A DNA stretch of 64,000 nt from Octopus vulgaris (GCA_951406725.2 OX597842.1:8556001-8620000); one strand, 5' to 3'. Positions 40,108 through 54,329 are shown, counted from the stretch's first letter. A program made the numbers and translations. Notes: generated by a model not told the origin, from the sequence alone.

Positions 40108-40631
40108 TAGATGGATAGATAGATAGGTGATAGATAGATAGATAGATATATAGATATACATACACATATATATATATATATACACACACGTGCACACATA
40201 TATATACAAACACATTTATGTACATACATTACTATGCATAGTTATTTAAAGAACTACGTATCTATCTATATATATATACAATACACACATGCATATGTAT
40301 ACATACATACATACATATATATATACATTCATATATATGTATACACACACACTTATGAACATATACACACAGAAATATATCTATATACATACACATTGAT
40401 ATATATATACACACACATACACACATATGCATGCACACAGTTCAACATACGCACATATATTTATATTTATATACATACATAGAGTTCAACACACACAGAC
40501 CCATATATATATATATACATACATGCATACACACATACTCTGACACAAAAATATATATTCAAAGTTGTGGCCCAGCATGGCTGCAGTTAAATGACTGAAA
40601 CAAGTACAAGATAAAAGATATATATGTATGC

Positions 40632-40668
<37 letters not shown>

Positions 40669-40671
40669 TAC

Positions 40672-40702
<31 letters not shown>

Positions 40703-40820
40703 TAGATAGATACACATACACACACACAGATATATATATATACACAGACTTCAACACACACGAACATATATATATATATATATACATATATACATACATA
40801 GTTATTTATAAAAATAGATT

Positions 40821-40858
<38 letters not shown>

Positions 40859-40994
40859 AACACATATATATATACTTCAACATACACACACAGAAACACA
40901 CATATATATTTCAACACACACATACACACATACACAGATATATATACACAGACTTCAACACAGACACAAAAATAGTTATTTATAAAAATACATT

Positions 40995-41068
<74 letters not shown>

Positions 41069-41243
41069 CACACACACACATATATACTTCAACACACACA
41101 TACACACACTCATACACACAAAAGCACCCGCTTATTACAATCACAGCTTATATAACCAACTGCTTTTATTGTTACAAAAATTAGCAGAGCCCAAACTCTT
41201 TACAAGTTGAACGTTTATCAGCCGGTCTGTGTACATATGCACA

Positions 41244-41274
<31 letters not shown>

Positions 41275-41819
41275 GCGCATGTGTGTTGTTTATGACGTCA
41301 GAAGCATTGAACATGAGATGAACGTCAACAAATGAACGTTTCTTTTTCCTTTTTCGTACCATTTCTTCAGAGCAGGTATCACTGCAATATGAGGCCTACC
41401 ATTAACCATTTAACCATTTAAGAATATTGTATCACGTTAAAAAAATCTCTGCTCAAGATAGAAGCAGAATACAAACCAAAAATGTATCGCTTGTGAGCTA
41501 CTTTAATGTGGCAGTCCTCTTAAGAGGTGACGATACTGCAGTTAAACCCCAGGAAGACATTTCCTTGGTGGTGGGCACTTGTTGCCAGGCACGGCTGCAG
41601 TTTACCTTGCTTGTAATATATAGAAGTAGTAAAGATTGTTTGCCAACATAATATGGCTGTCCTGGTTTAGGACTAATGTTGCTGTAATTTAGCCCCAGGA
41701 GATATCTCCAACTGGCTATACAACACAGTGTGTGTGTGTGTATGATATATGTATGCATGTATATCTTTATATATATGTATATATGTGTGTGTGTGTGTGT
41801 GTGTGTGCGCACGTCTCTC

Positions 41820-41887
<68 letters not shown>

Positions 41888-42145
41888 TTTTAAACATGAT
41901 AAACGTATTATAGGCACCTGGTCCTACTGTTTAAGTTTCACATTTAGTTCATGTAGTTTCTTCAATAAGAACAATCATGATTTTATTTCTGTAAGAAATA
42001 TTGTTTAATTCTATTTGATTATCTATTTAACTATTATTGTTATTATTGTTGACCTGAGGAGTGACTATACTTTTAAATTGAATTGTTTTTCGATTAAATT
42101 TAAATACAATGTTGCTATACAACACAATGTGTGTGCGTGTGTGTA

Positions 42146-42198
<53 letters not shown>

Positions 42199-42893
42199 GA
42201 GAATTCACAAAAATGAAAGAAAAAGACAGGTGGTGTAGAAAATAAACATATGTATTAGTATAACGCTCGGGAATTGAAAAAGTCTTTAACATATATTAAC
42301 ACAGAAAGAAACAAGGAGAGAAAAAATGTGTAGTGGCTAGCGATCTATCATGGCGATATATATATATATATAATTATATATAAAAAAACGTTTTGCAAAA
42401 GTTTTTACCGATAATGGCTTTTTCAATACCGAAACTACTTGGTAAAATTTATTAATTATTAAATTAATAATTATTTACCCTATATCTGTAATAATATACA
42501 TATAATGTATGTGTACCTACAGTATTTTATATACACACACACTCACACAAACATATCTCTCTCTATATAAACGGCAGTTTGTCTGTGCGTTTTCTGTGTG
42601 TCTGTTTTCTCGTACCCTCACTCTGACCACGGCTTTCAACCGATTCTGATGAAACTTGACACACACATAGCCCAATGTCATAATTCAAAACTAACGCAGC
42701 GAAAATTTTGAAAAGTTCCCCCAGTTCTGAAAAAAAATCGATAAATTCGACATGGGGTCGAGAATTAGAAACCAAAACCACAGACCGTCTAGGGGACGCA
42801 ACTCTACCTTTTTTAACTCTCAAAAAAAATTTACCAGCATTTTTTTTCCATTGTTTTGCTATTTTTTGGCTATAACTCTCTAAAAATGCTTTA
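37050..42893. repeat. Tandem duplication of ~2.8 kb (about 37050-39913 / 40090-42893)
   Basis: Identical ORFs at 38458 and 41427, and the same Helitron and PLE-like fragments in both copies. Confidence 0.9.
39577..39913 (+). mobile_element. 3'-truncated duplicate of the 42556 Helitron
   Basis: Near-identical to 42556-42893, then switches abruptly to an inverted segment. Confidence 0.75.
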
Positions 42894-42940
42894 TAGTTAT
42901 TTCCCTTACAAACCTGAGCAACGCCGGGCGATACTGCTAG
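42556..42940 (+). mobile_element. Non-autonomous Helitron (complete)
   Basis: A|TC start and cctgagcaacgccggg...CTAG|T end; 3' end shared with the 13419-13697 element. Confidence 0.75.
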
Positions 42941-44329
42941 TAGTATATATATGTGTGTATATATTTAAATATATGTATATATGTATGTATACATATGGGC
43001 TACTTTAATGTGGCAGTCCTCTTAAGAGGTGACGATACTGCAGTTTAACCCCAGGAAGACATCTCCTCCAGCTGGTTTATTCAATGTGCTTCTCACACCT
43101 GGTATTTATTGCAAGTGAGAGATAACTTCTGCCACCCTAGCTTCAAGACCATGTGGTTTTGATCTGTATTGCATCTCCTCGGTGGTGGGCACTTGTTTGC
43201 CAACATAACATGGCAGTCCTGGTTTAGGACTAATGTTGCTGTAATTTAGCCCCAGGAAACATCGTCTCCAACTGGCTATACAACATGATCTGTGTCCTTA
43301 TATTTTCGAACAAGGGAATCTAGCACCCCAACTCAGCTCAAAACAATATCTGTGTATTGCGATTTCCAGATTATTTCCCTTCCTCAGCACAGAATAATTG
43401 CTAAGCTAGATGTGGCGCTGCCAAATTCCCATTCAAAATATATAATTTTTAAAGTGACAACTAGTCACTGATTTATAAATTGCCAAATTACAGCAACATT
43501 CGTCCTAAACCAGGACTGCCATGTTATGTTGGCAAACAATCTTTACTACAAAGTACTGTTGCTGAATATCTTACACTGTGAGATTTTAAAAATAGTAATT
43601 TTCTAATAGAAAACACAGGGTTATACAATCACTGATTTTGTAACTGCCACCTGACTGGCTCCCGTGCCGGTTGCACATAAAAAGCACTATGCCTGTGCCA
43701 CCAGAATGGCTTTCATGCCAGTTGCATGTAAAAAAACACCATTTGAGTGTGGTTGATACCTGTGCCACCTGAATGGCTCCCATGCCAGTTGCACATAAAA
43801 AGCACCATTCGAGCATGGTCGATGCTTGTGCCACCTGACGGGCTCCCATGCCAGTTGCATATAAAAGGCATGCACTACACTCTTGGAATGGTAGGCGCTA
43901 GGAAGAGCATCCAGCTGTAGAAACCTTGCCAAATCAGACTGGAGCTTGGCGCAGCCTCCCGGCTTACCAGCCCTCAATCAGAAACCCATGCCAGCATGGA
44001 AAGCAGACATAAGACAATGACGATGAAACTAGTCTGTTAGAAAATCTCTGTTCAAGACAGAAGCAGTATATGAACCAGAAAGTACTGCTTATGGCCACGA
44101 GTACTCACCACCAAGGAGATCCAATACAAATCAAACCATGTGGTTTGGTAGGCTTAAAGCCAACAGAAAGAGTTGTAAACAGCAATGTTACATCCAATTC
44201 TTCATCATCATCATTTTAACCCTTTAGTGGTCAGATTACACTAATCTCAAATGTAATGCTTATCCGTTCATGTTATTTTGGATTAGTCATGTGTTATCTC
44301 ATAGATTTGAGACTTCAGTAATGTTAACT

Positions 44330-44434
44330 GTTCACAACGTCTGATGTCTCTTATACCCAGTTTTCCCCTTAAATCACTTATACTCTGTTGTATGTGCACA
44401 CTGACATTACCCATCCAACAGACCAGGCTAGCTT

Positions 44435-44435
<1 letters not shown>
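44330..44435 (-). mobile_element. Short RTE-like LINE fragment
   Basis: LVCWMGNVSV..QQSISDLRGKLGIRDIRRC resembles the segment just upstream of the RLRWFG motif. Confidence 0.45.
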
Positions 44436-44483
<48 letters not shown>

Positions 44484-45062
44484 TGTGATCACCATGACCG
44501 ACCAGGCGATCAGATGGTCACAATGTGCTTCGCATTGTTTTAGCCTTCAAATGACGGCATGTGTGTATATATCTATGAATGCATGTACAATATATATACT
44601 CTTTTACATTTTTACTTGTTTCAGTCAAGCACATCGACTCCAGGACTTATTCTTTGTAAGCCTAGTACTTATTCTATCGGTCTCTTTTGCCAAACCGCCC
44701 ACTAAGTGACAGGGACGTAAACACACCAGCATAGGTTGTCAAGCGATGATGGGGGGACAAACACAGACACATAAACACACACATATATATATATATACAT
44801 ATATATGATGGGCTTCTTTCAGTTTCCGTCTACCAAATTCACTCACAAGGCTTTGGTCGGCCTGAGGCTATAGTAGAAGACACTTGCCCAAGGTGCCACG
44901 CAGTGGCACTAAACCCGAAACCATGTAGTTCGTAAGCAAGCTACTTACCACACAGCCACTCCTACGCCCATATGTATCTATATATGTATATATACATATC
45001 TGTATCTATATATACGTGTGTGTATGTATATATATGTATCTATATATATGTGTATGTATGTA

Positions 45063-45101
<39 letters not shown>

Positions 45102-45172
45102 GTATGTATCTATATATATGTGTATGTATGTGTATGTGTGTAATGGGTGTATATATATATATATATATATAA

Positions 45173-45227
<55 letters not shown>

Positions 45228-45662
45228 TACATATATATGTTAGTATCATCATCATCTCCTCACACATACAAGAGATATGCTTGATCATGTTGCTGGCAAC
45301 AAGAGATTCCATCTGTTATCATAAACTGAATACTGATAAAATGATACAAGATATACTTACATATATATACATATATGATATGTGTATGTGTGTGTATGTA
45401 TGATATATGTGTGTAGTTATATCTTTATACATATGTATATATATGTGTGTGTCTGCGTGTGTGTGTATATATATATGTATATATATATATAATGCATGTG
45501 TACCTACAATATATTGTATTCACACACATTTGCACACACACCCACACAAACATATAGTATATATATATGTGTGTGAGTGTATTTAAGTATATGTACATAT
45601 GTATGTATACATATATGCATATCTATAACATATGCATATATGCATACATGCTCATACACAAA

Positions 45663-45706
<44 letters not shown>

Positions 45707-45822
45707 CATACATACATACAGACAGATACAGATATTAATTCACACAGACTCGTATACACATACAGACACATATATGTGTATGTATGTTTATACCTACTTT
45801 ATGTACACTTATAGAGATACGC

Positions 45823-45873
<51 letters not shown>

Positions 45874-46212
45874 TACACAGTATCTAGGGTATACAGCTAG
45901 ACAGTATAACCCAAAGATGCACAACTCAAACAACTCAAAAAGTACATTGGTAAAGCAGCTACTTCTCTGTCGAGACGACCACCACCCAAGAGAAATAAAG
46001 AAATGAATAAAAGTATGGAAGTACAAACGGATCATAACATCTATCAAGGTCAGGGCATACAGGACTTGTGTTGGTTTGTTATCAACAGACCTTTGGAAGC
46101 AAGTGTGGTTTGGACAACATATTTCAGACAAGATTACAAACTGCGTGTGGTATGATCCATACATTTGCACATATCTGCATGTGTGTGTGTGTGTGTGTAC
46201 AAAGTGTCTATA

Positions 46213-46445
46213 AAGGCGGCGAGCTGGCAGAAACGTTAGCACGCCAGGCGAAATTCGTAGCTGTATTTCGTCTGTCGTTACGTTCCGAGTTCAAATTTAG
46301 CCGAGGTCGACTTTGCCTTTCATCCTTTTCGGGGTCGATTAAATAAGTACCAGTTACGTACTGGGATCGATGTAATCGACTTAATTTGTTTGTCTGTCCT
46401 TGTCTGTCCCCTCTGTGTTTAGCCCCTTGTGGGCAGTAAAAGAAA
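46213..46445 (+). mobile_element. tRNA-derived SINE family B with a Meta-like central domain (representative copy)
   Basis: ggcggcgagctggcagaa...gagttcaaat...gtcgactttgcctttcatcc...taagtaccag; resembles the MetaSINE domain (from memory). Many copies: 10-700(-), 2880-3730, 12.5k(-), 14.3k(-), 24.4-24.9k(-), 47.8k, 51.1k, 53.4-55.6k and 61.2k(-). Confidence 0.75.
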
Positions 46446-46789
46446 TATATAAAGTGTGTGTGCAATTCTAAATAATTGTATCTTTGTAACTGTACATGAT
46501 AGAACTAAATTGCACACACTTTATAGACACCCTGTGTGTGTGTATGTGTATAACATACAAGGCTTTGGTCAGCCCGAAGCTATAATGGAGGACACTTGCC
46601 CAAGGTGCCATGCAGTGGGACTGAACCCAGAACCACGTGGTTGGGAAGCAAGCTTCTTACCACACAAGTCGCAATTCACTCTGCCAGAAATTTGGAAATG
46701 ACATGCTACACTGCTTGGCATTTGTGCCGGAGGCTCTTCAGAGTGTTTGGATATCTACCTGAGGACAGAACACTCTGAGGACATGTAAT

Positions 46790-47290
46790 GAGAGTGATAA
46801 AAATCAAACATCATGGTGTTTGGAGTGATCACTAGTGATAGCAACGTTATGCCTCCATTCATATTCCCACATGGCCTCAGAGTCAACATGAAAGCCTACA
46901 GCAAGAGCCTGAAGGAGGTGGTGCTGCCCTGGGTCAAGAGGGTGGCTGCTAGAAGACCCTTTGTCTGGAAACAGGACTTTGCACCATGTCACACAAGTGG
47001 TAGAACCCAGTCATGGCTGTCAGTCAATTTCTGCGACCACATCACCCCTAACATCTGGCCACCTAGCTCCCCAAACTACAACCCCCTTAATTACTATGTG
47101 CAGGGTGCAGTTGTGAGAGAGACCGATAAAACTCCTTGTAACACCAAAGATGAACTGAAGCCAAGAATTATGGCAGCATTGGTCAACTTAACAAGGAGAC
47201 CGTGCAGTAGAATTTCAGGAGATTCCAAAGTCATCTGGGGGCTGTGGTTGAAACCAATGGCGATTTTATTGACCAAATTTACTCTTTAGT
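46790..47290 (+). mobile_element. Tc1/mariner DD37D (maT-type) transposase remnant
   Basis: MVFGVI..., WKQDFAPCH and WPPSSPNYNPLNY; 37 residues between the second Asp and the mutated third catalytic position. Confidence 0.8.
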
Positions 47291-47676
47291 ATTTCAAGAT
47301 ATTTTAATGTAATTTTGGTAAATATATCTATTAAAATGTGATGTTATTTATTTTATTCACTGCATCCTTCGGTCATGACACTGACCATGGGATTGCACCT
47401 AGAAAGTTACCCTCCGAGGCACAAGTCCAGGCAAGGTTGTTTATGGAAGACCAGCAGTCGCCCATGCAAACCAGCCTCCCCTCTCCACGACACCAGTGTT
47501 ATCCAAGGGAAAGGCAAAGGGGCCGATACAGCTTGGCACCTGTGACATCACAACTCATTTCTACAGCTGAGTGGACTGGAACAATGTGAAATAAAGTATC
47601 TTGCTCAAGAACACAACACGCAGCCTGGTCCGGGATTCGAGCTCACAACCTCACAATCGTAAGCTCAATGCTCTAA

Positions 47677-47747
<71 letters not shown>

Positions 47748-48029
47748 TATACACACACACACACACACACAAGCGCACACATGGTGAGTACCATGTTTTA
47801 TAAGGAGGTGAGCTGGCAGACATGTTAGCGCACCGGGTGAAATGCTTAGCCGTATTTCGTCTGTCGTTATGTTCTGAGTTCAAATTCCACCAAGGTCGAC
47901 TTTGCCTTTCATCCTTTCAGGGTCGATAAATTAAGTACCAGTTACACACTGGGGTCGATATAATCAACTTGATCCCTTTGTCTGTCCTTGTTTGTCCCCT
48001 CTATGTTTAGTCCACTGTAGGCAATAAAG

Positions 48030-48068
<39 letters not shown>

Positions 48069-48339
48069 CTGACACTAAAAGTGACCAAGTGTGTAGTGAG
48101 CAGCAGCATTGTTAGAAATAAGAGTCAAAGACTCCTTAGCCACAAGAAGTCACATGTTCTATTCGAACTGACAGGGAAGACAACACCTCCCCATCTTGAT
48201 TGAGCTGCATTAGATTAACCTTGCTAATTTCATATAAGAAATTAATACTCATCAGTAATGCTTACTGCATCACAGGTGGTGATGCTGAAATCACACCTGT
48301 TAGTATTATAGGAAATACCATTGAAATACCATAGAACCA

Positions 48340-48882
48340 ACACCAATGCTTTTAATGTAGTACCTGCACCAGTGCTATTAATGTGGTACCAGCATCAGTG
48401 CTTTTAATGTGGCACCAGCACCAGTGCTTTTAATGTGGTACCTGCACCAGTGCTATTAATGTGGTACCTGCACCAGTGCTATTAATGTGGTACCTGCACC
48501 AGTGCTATTAATGTGGTACCAGCATCAGTGCTTTTAATGTGGTACCAGCAACAGTGCTTTTAATGTGGCACCGGAACATGTGCTATTAATGTAGCACCAG
48601 CATCAGTGTTTTTAATGCGGCACCAGCATCAGTGCTTTTAATGTGGTACCTGCACCAGTGCTTTTAATGTGGCACCAGCACCAGTGCTTTTAATGTGGCA
48701 CCAGCACCAGTGCTTTTAATGTGGTACCTGCACCAGTGCTTTTAATGTGGTACCAGCACCAGTGCTTTTAATGTGGTACCAGCACCAGTGCTTTTAATGT
48801 GGCACCAACACCAGTGCTTTTAATGTGGCACCAACAGCAATGCTTTTAATGTGGCACCTGTGCTATTAACATAGCACCAGCA
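48340..48882. repeat. 26-bp minisatellite (gtggtaccagcaccagtgcttttaat)n, about 20 copies
   Basis: Direct reading of the periodicity. Confidence 0.92.
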
Positions 48883-49524
48883 TGTGTGTGTGTGTGTGTT
48901 TGTGTCTGTGTTTGTCCCCCACCACCATCACCACCTGACAACCAGCGTTGGTGTGTTTACATCCCCCTAATATAGCAGTCCAGTGAATGAGACCGATAGA
49001 ATAAGCAGCAGGTTTAAAGACAAATGAGTATTGGGGTCAGTTCATTCGACTCAGATTCCTTCAAGGCAATGCCCCAGCATGGCCACAGTCTAACGACAGA
49101 AACATGTAAAAGACAGAAGCTAAAGATAGAGCCTAAAACCACGGTGCCTGTAACCAAGTCATTCTCCATTACAAGCAACAACCATAGATTTAGTCAAGTC
49201 ATTTCGTTGTGTTGTACACGCATACCTTTAAAGCAACGTTATATAGGCTGTCACATACATTCCTCTTTTAATGTAATGCATCCACGTGATGTCAGTTAGT
49301 ACTCGTAGCAGCCTGGTAATAGTATATCCTGGTTGAACAAAAATACAGCCAAAAACAGAGCACGAACAAAAAATGAGAAAGATCAAATTGGAAAATAAAG
49401 AGTCTGCTTTGCTGTGCTGTAATACTATCGCAGGGTTAATTGTGAAAAATATGATATTGTAAGGCATGTTACATAGCTGTTGTGGCTTTATAGTACACTG
49501 CTTTGCTGTATGGTTACTATGGTT

Positions 49525-50455
49525 ACTTGTTTGTTTAACACTAGGTCAGTCCTGATCCAGTAGACCTATGATCAAAGACGTTCCAGCTGTGACCATCCCA
49601 CCTTTTATTCAGACATAGTGTATCTGGGACTACATTATCTAATGTATATTATAGATGTTAGTATTAGTGGCTATAGCTATTTAGCCCAAGGTCAATCTTG
49701 ATCCAACAAAACTTATGATCAAAGATGTTCCAGCTGTGACCATCCCATCTTTTATTCAGGCATAGTGTATCTAGGACTACATAATCTGGAGTGTATTTAA
49801 TCTTTTGAAGTTGTTGTTTAGCCTCAGGTCAATCCTCATCCAACAAAACTTATGATCAAAGACGTTCCAGCTGTGACCATCCCATCTTTTATTCAGACAT
49901 AGTGTACCTGGGACTACATTATCTGGAGTGTATTTAATCTTTTGAAGCTGTTGTTTAGCCCCAGGTCAATCCTCATCCAACAAAACTTACAATCAAAGAC
50001 GTTCCTGCTGTGACCATCCCATCTTTTATTCAAACATTGTGTTTCTGGGACTACATTATCAAATGTATATTATGAAGGTTATAGCTATATAGTGCTTGTT
50101 TAGCCCTGGGTCAGTTCTGATCCAGTAGACTTATGTTCAAAACTATTCCAGATGTTCCAGCTGTGACCATCCCATCTTTTATTCAGACATAGTGTATCTA
50201 GGACTACATTATCTAATGTACAGTTTAGTAGTTAGTATTAGTGGCTATAGTTGTTGTTGTTTAGCCCTGGGTCAGTCCTGTTCTAGGAGACAGACCTATG
50301 ATCAAATATGTTCCAGCTGTGACCATCCTGTCTTTTATTCTGGCATAGTGTATCTAGGACTACATTATCTAATGTACAGTATAGTAGTTTGTATTAGTGG
50401 CTACCATTGTGGCTGTAGCTGTTTAGCCCTAGGTCACTTCTGATCCAACAGACAC
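49525..50455. repeat. ~130-160 bp satellite, six to seven units
   Basis: Repeats of gttccagctgtgaccatcccatcttttattcagacatagtgtatct. Confidence 0.88.
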
Positions 50456-50928
50456 ATCATCTTACCACCCAGCTATGCTTGCACCTATATTTTTTGTTGG
50501 TTTTGTTAATTTTTTTATTATTTGTTTTTTGTTTGTTGGATTTAGTTCTTCTTTTCCTGCAGTTCCAGTTGACTGCATCTGCTGGCTTTGTAACAAGGGA
50601 AACCACTGAAGCAGAAACATGCGATGACATAACAGTTTCTGCCTCCACTGCCAGGCTAAATATAGAAATGGTGCGAGACACGGAAGATATAACACTCGGT
50701 TCCACATGACTGCACATCACGACCGCTGAATGCTGACCGATGGTGCAAAGTTGGCAGCTTCGAGTTGCGAGACCGGTGCTCCCTGCAGCAGGTCCTGCGG
50801 ATGGTCTGCGACAACTGATACCCGACCTGTTACCCCTCAACTTTTTTAAGTGGAAATTGAAATATTTATGGGGGGCCGATTGGTAGGGTCTGCAGAAGGT
50901 CAGAGATAATACCTTGTGGTTCTTTAAG

Positions 50929-50964
<36 letters not shown>

Positions 50965-51271
50965 GTCATCATCATCATCATCATCTTCATCGTCATCATC
51001 ATCATCACCATCATGAATAACAACAGCGACACCTATCATCATCGCCACTGCCATGATGTAACTAATGGTTACGTTCTGAGTTCAAATTCCGCCGAGGTCG
51101 ACTTTGCCTTTCATCCTTTCGGGGTTGATAAATAAAGTACCAGTTACGCACTGGGGTCGATGTAAACGACTTAATCCCTTTGTCTGTCCTTGTTTGTTCC
51201 CTCTATGTTTAGCCCCTTGTGGGTAGTAAAGAAATAGGTATATGGAGATTGGCCCCTATTTATATATATAA

Positions 51272-52715
51272 ACAGATATAACTAATGATGCGTGTGCACA
51301 TATACACACACACACAAACACTGTTTGAGCAGACATAACTAATGGCATACATAGATATAGCCCACATAGGCTGTTTGTGGTTAAACAGACATAACTAATG
51401 ATGTACAATCTCTGGTTAAACAGCAGACATAACTAATGACACACCTAAATGCAAAGGAATCTCAGGTTTAGCAGACATAACTAATTACACACACACACAC
51501 AGACATAACTAATCGCAAATGCACAAGGATGATCTCTGATTAACAGACATAACTAATGACACACACAAACAGAAAGAGAATTCTGGCTACACAGATATAA
51601 CTAATGATGCACAAAGACACAGACTATCTATACACAAGTTAAACAGATCCGGTCAGACATAACTAATGACACACACACAGACATAACTAATCGCATATAT
51701 GCTGAGACAATCTGGTTAAAAAGACATAACTAATGACACAACTAAATGCCAAAAAACAGCTCAGATTTAGCAGACATAACTAATGACACACACACAGACA
51801 TGACTAACCACATACATGCTGAGACAATCTGGTTAAAAAGACATAACTAATGACACACACACAGACATGACTAACCGCATACATGCTGAGACAATCTGGT
51901 TAAAAAGACATAACTAATGACACACACACAGACATAACTAACCGCATACATGCTGAGACAATCTGGTTAACAAGACATAACTAATGACACAACTAATTGC
52001 AAAAACAGCTCAGATTTAGCAGACATAACTAATGACACACACACAGACATAACTAACCGCATACATGGTGAGACAATCTGGTTAAAAAGACATAACTAAT
52101 GACACACACACAGACATAACTAACCGCATACATGCTGAGACAATCTGGTTAAAAAGACATAACTAATGACACAACTAAATGCAAAAACAGTTCAGATTTA
52201 GCAGACATAACTAATGACACAACTAAAGGCAAAAACAGCTCAGATTTAGCAGACATAACTAATGACACACACACAGACATAACTAACCGCATACATGCTG
52301 AGACAATCTGGTTAAAAAGACATAACTAATGACACAACTAAATGCAAAAACAGTTCAGATTTAGCAGACATAACTAATGACACAACTAAATGCAAAAACA
52401 GCTCAGATTTAGCAGACATAACTAATGACACACACATAGACATAACTAACCGCATACATACTGAGACAATCCGGTTAAAAAGACATAACTAATGACACAA
52501 CTAAATGCAAAAAACAGCTCAGATTTAGCAGACATAACTAACCGCATACATGCTGAGACAATCCGGTTAAAAAGACATAACTAATGACACAACTAAATGC
52601 AAAAACAGCTCAGATTTAACAGACATAACTAATGACATACACACACACACACACACAGACATAACTAATCGCAAATGCACAAGGAAGATCTCTGATCAAC
52701 AGACATAACTAACGA
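51272..52715. repeat. Repeat-spacer array with a conserved cagacataactaa core
   Basis: Roughly 40 cores; diverse spacers at the edges and three recurring spacer types in the middle. Confidence 0.9.
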
Positions 52716-54329
52716 CACGCCGGATAAACACTGACAATCTCGACTTAACACAGATGCACACATACACATAAACACACACATACACATGCACACACACATA
52801 CATATATACATACATACACATGCATGCACACACACACCCACACTGCCTGTTTTTATGCTTAAGCTAGTTCTCATGTACTCGCCTTCCGGAACTGTAAAAA
52901 GATATTCTCAAGATCTTTGAAGTGACATGATACGTCCCCTGCGTAAATTGGATTCATGGGTACCCAGGTGGAAAAAACACAGCATGGGTGGGTAGACAGA
53001 GGGCACACAGACAGACAGACAGATATTTACTATATATACTCTTTTACTTGTTTCAGTCATTTGACTGCGGCCATGCTGGAGCACAGCCTTTAGTCGAGCA
53101 AATCGACCCCGGGACTTGTTCTTTGTAAGCCTAATACTTATTCTATCGGTCTCTTTTGCCGAACCGCTAAGTTACTAGGACGTAAATACACCAGCATCGG
53201 CTGTCAAGCGACGTTGGGGGAACAAACACACACACACACATATGTATATACGACGGGCTTCTTTCAGTTTCCGTCTACCAAATCTACTCACAAGGCCTTG
53301 GGTCACTTGCCCAAGGTGCGACGCAGTGGGACTGAACCCAGAACTACTTACCACACAGCCACTCTTATGCCTACATATATATATATATATACACACACAC
53401 ACCAGAAGATAGACACAGTGTCTATATATTCTTTTCTACTCTAGGCACAAGGGGGAGGGGGACAGTCGATTAGATCGACCCCAGTATGTAACTGGTACTT
53501 AATTTATTGACCCTGAAAGGCTGAATGGCAAAGTCACCCTCGGCGGAATTTGAACTCAGATTGTAAAGACAGACGAAAAACCGCTAAGCATTTCGCCCGG
53601 CATGCTAACATTTCTGCCAGCTACCAACCTTATAGTGTGTATATATTGATTGGATAGCTATACACAGTATGTATATATTGACTGGATAGACACAGAGTGT
53701 AGAAGGCGGTGAGCTGGCAGAAATGTTAGCACACTGGGCAAAATGCTTAGCAGTATTTCATCTGCCGCTATGTTCTGAGTTCAAATTCCGCCGAGGTCGA
53801 CTTTGCCTTTTATTCCTTCCGGGGTTGATAAATTAAGTACCAGTTACACACTGGGGTCGATCTAATCGACTTAATCCATTTGTCTGTCCTTATTTGTCCC
53901 CCCTGTGTTTAGCCCCTTGTAGGTAGTAGAGAAATAGGTATTTCGTCTGCCGCTACGTTCTGAGTTCAAATTCCGCCGAGGTCGACTTCGCCTTTTATTC
54001 CTTCCGGGGTCGATAAATTAAGTACCAGTTACGCACTGGGGGCGATCTAATCGACTTAATCCGTTTGTCTGTCCTTGTTTGTCCCCTCTGTGTTTAGCCC
54101 CTTGTGGGCAATAAAGAAATAAAAAGAAATACGATACAGTGTGTAGATGTTCTTTAGATACTCAGACAGAATGTGTAGATTAGATAGATAGACACAGTGT
54201 ATAGATGTTGAGTGGATATATAGAAATGGTGTGTAGATGTTGAGTGGATACATAGAAATGGTGTGTAGATGCTGAGTGGATAGACAGAGGCATTTTAATA
54301 GAGTTTACATAGACTATAATAGATATTCT

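Noticed and set aside
51272-52715. CRISPR interpretation of the cagacataactaa array
   Set aside because: Core too short, spacers recur and vary in length, and the context is eukaryotic; kept as a satellite finding instead.
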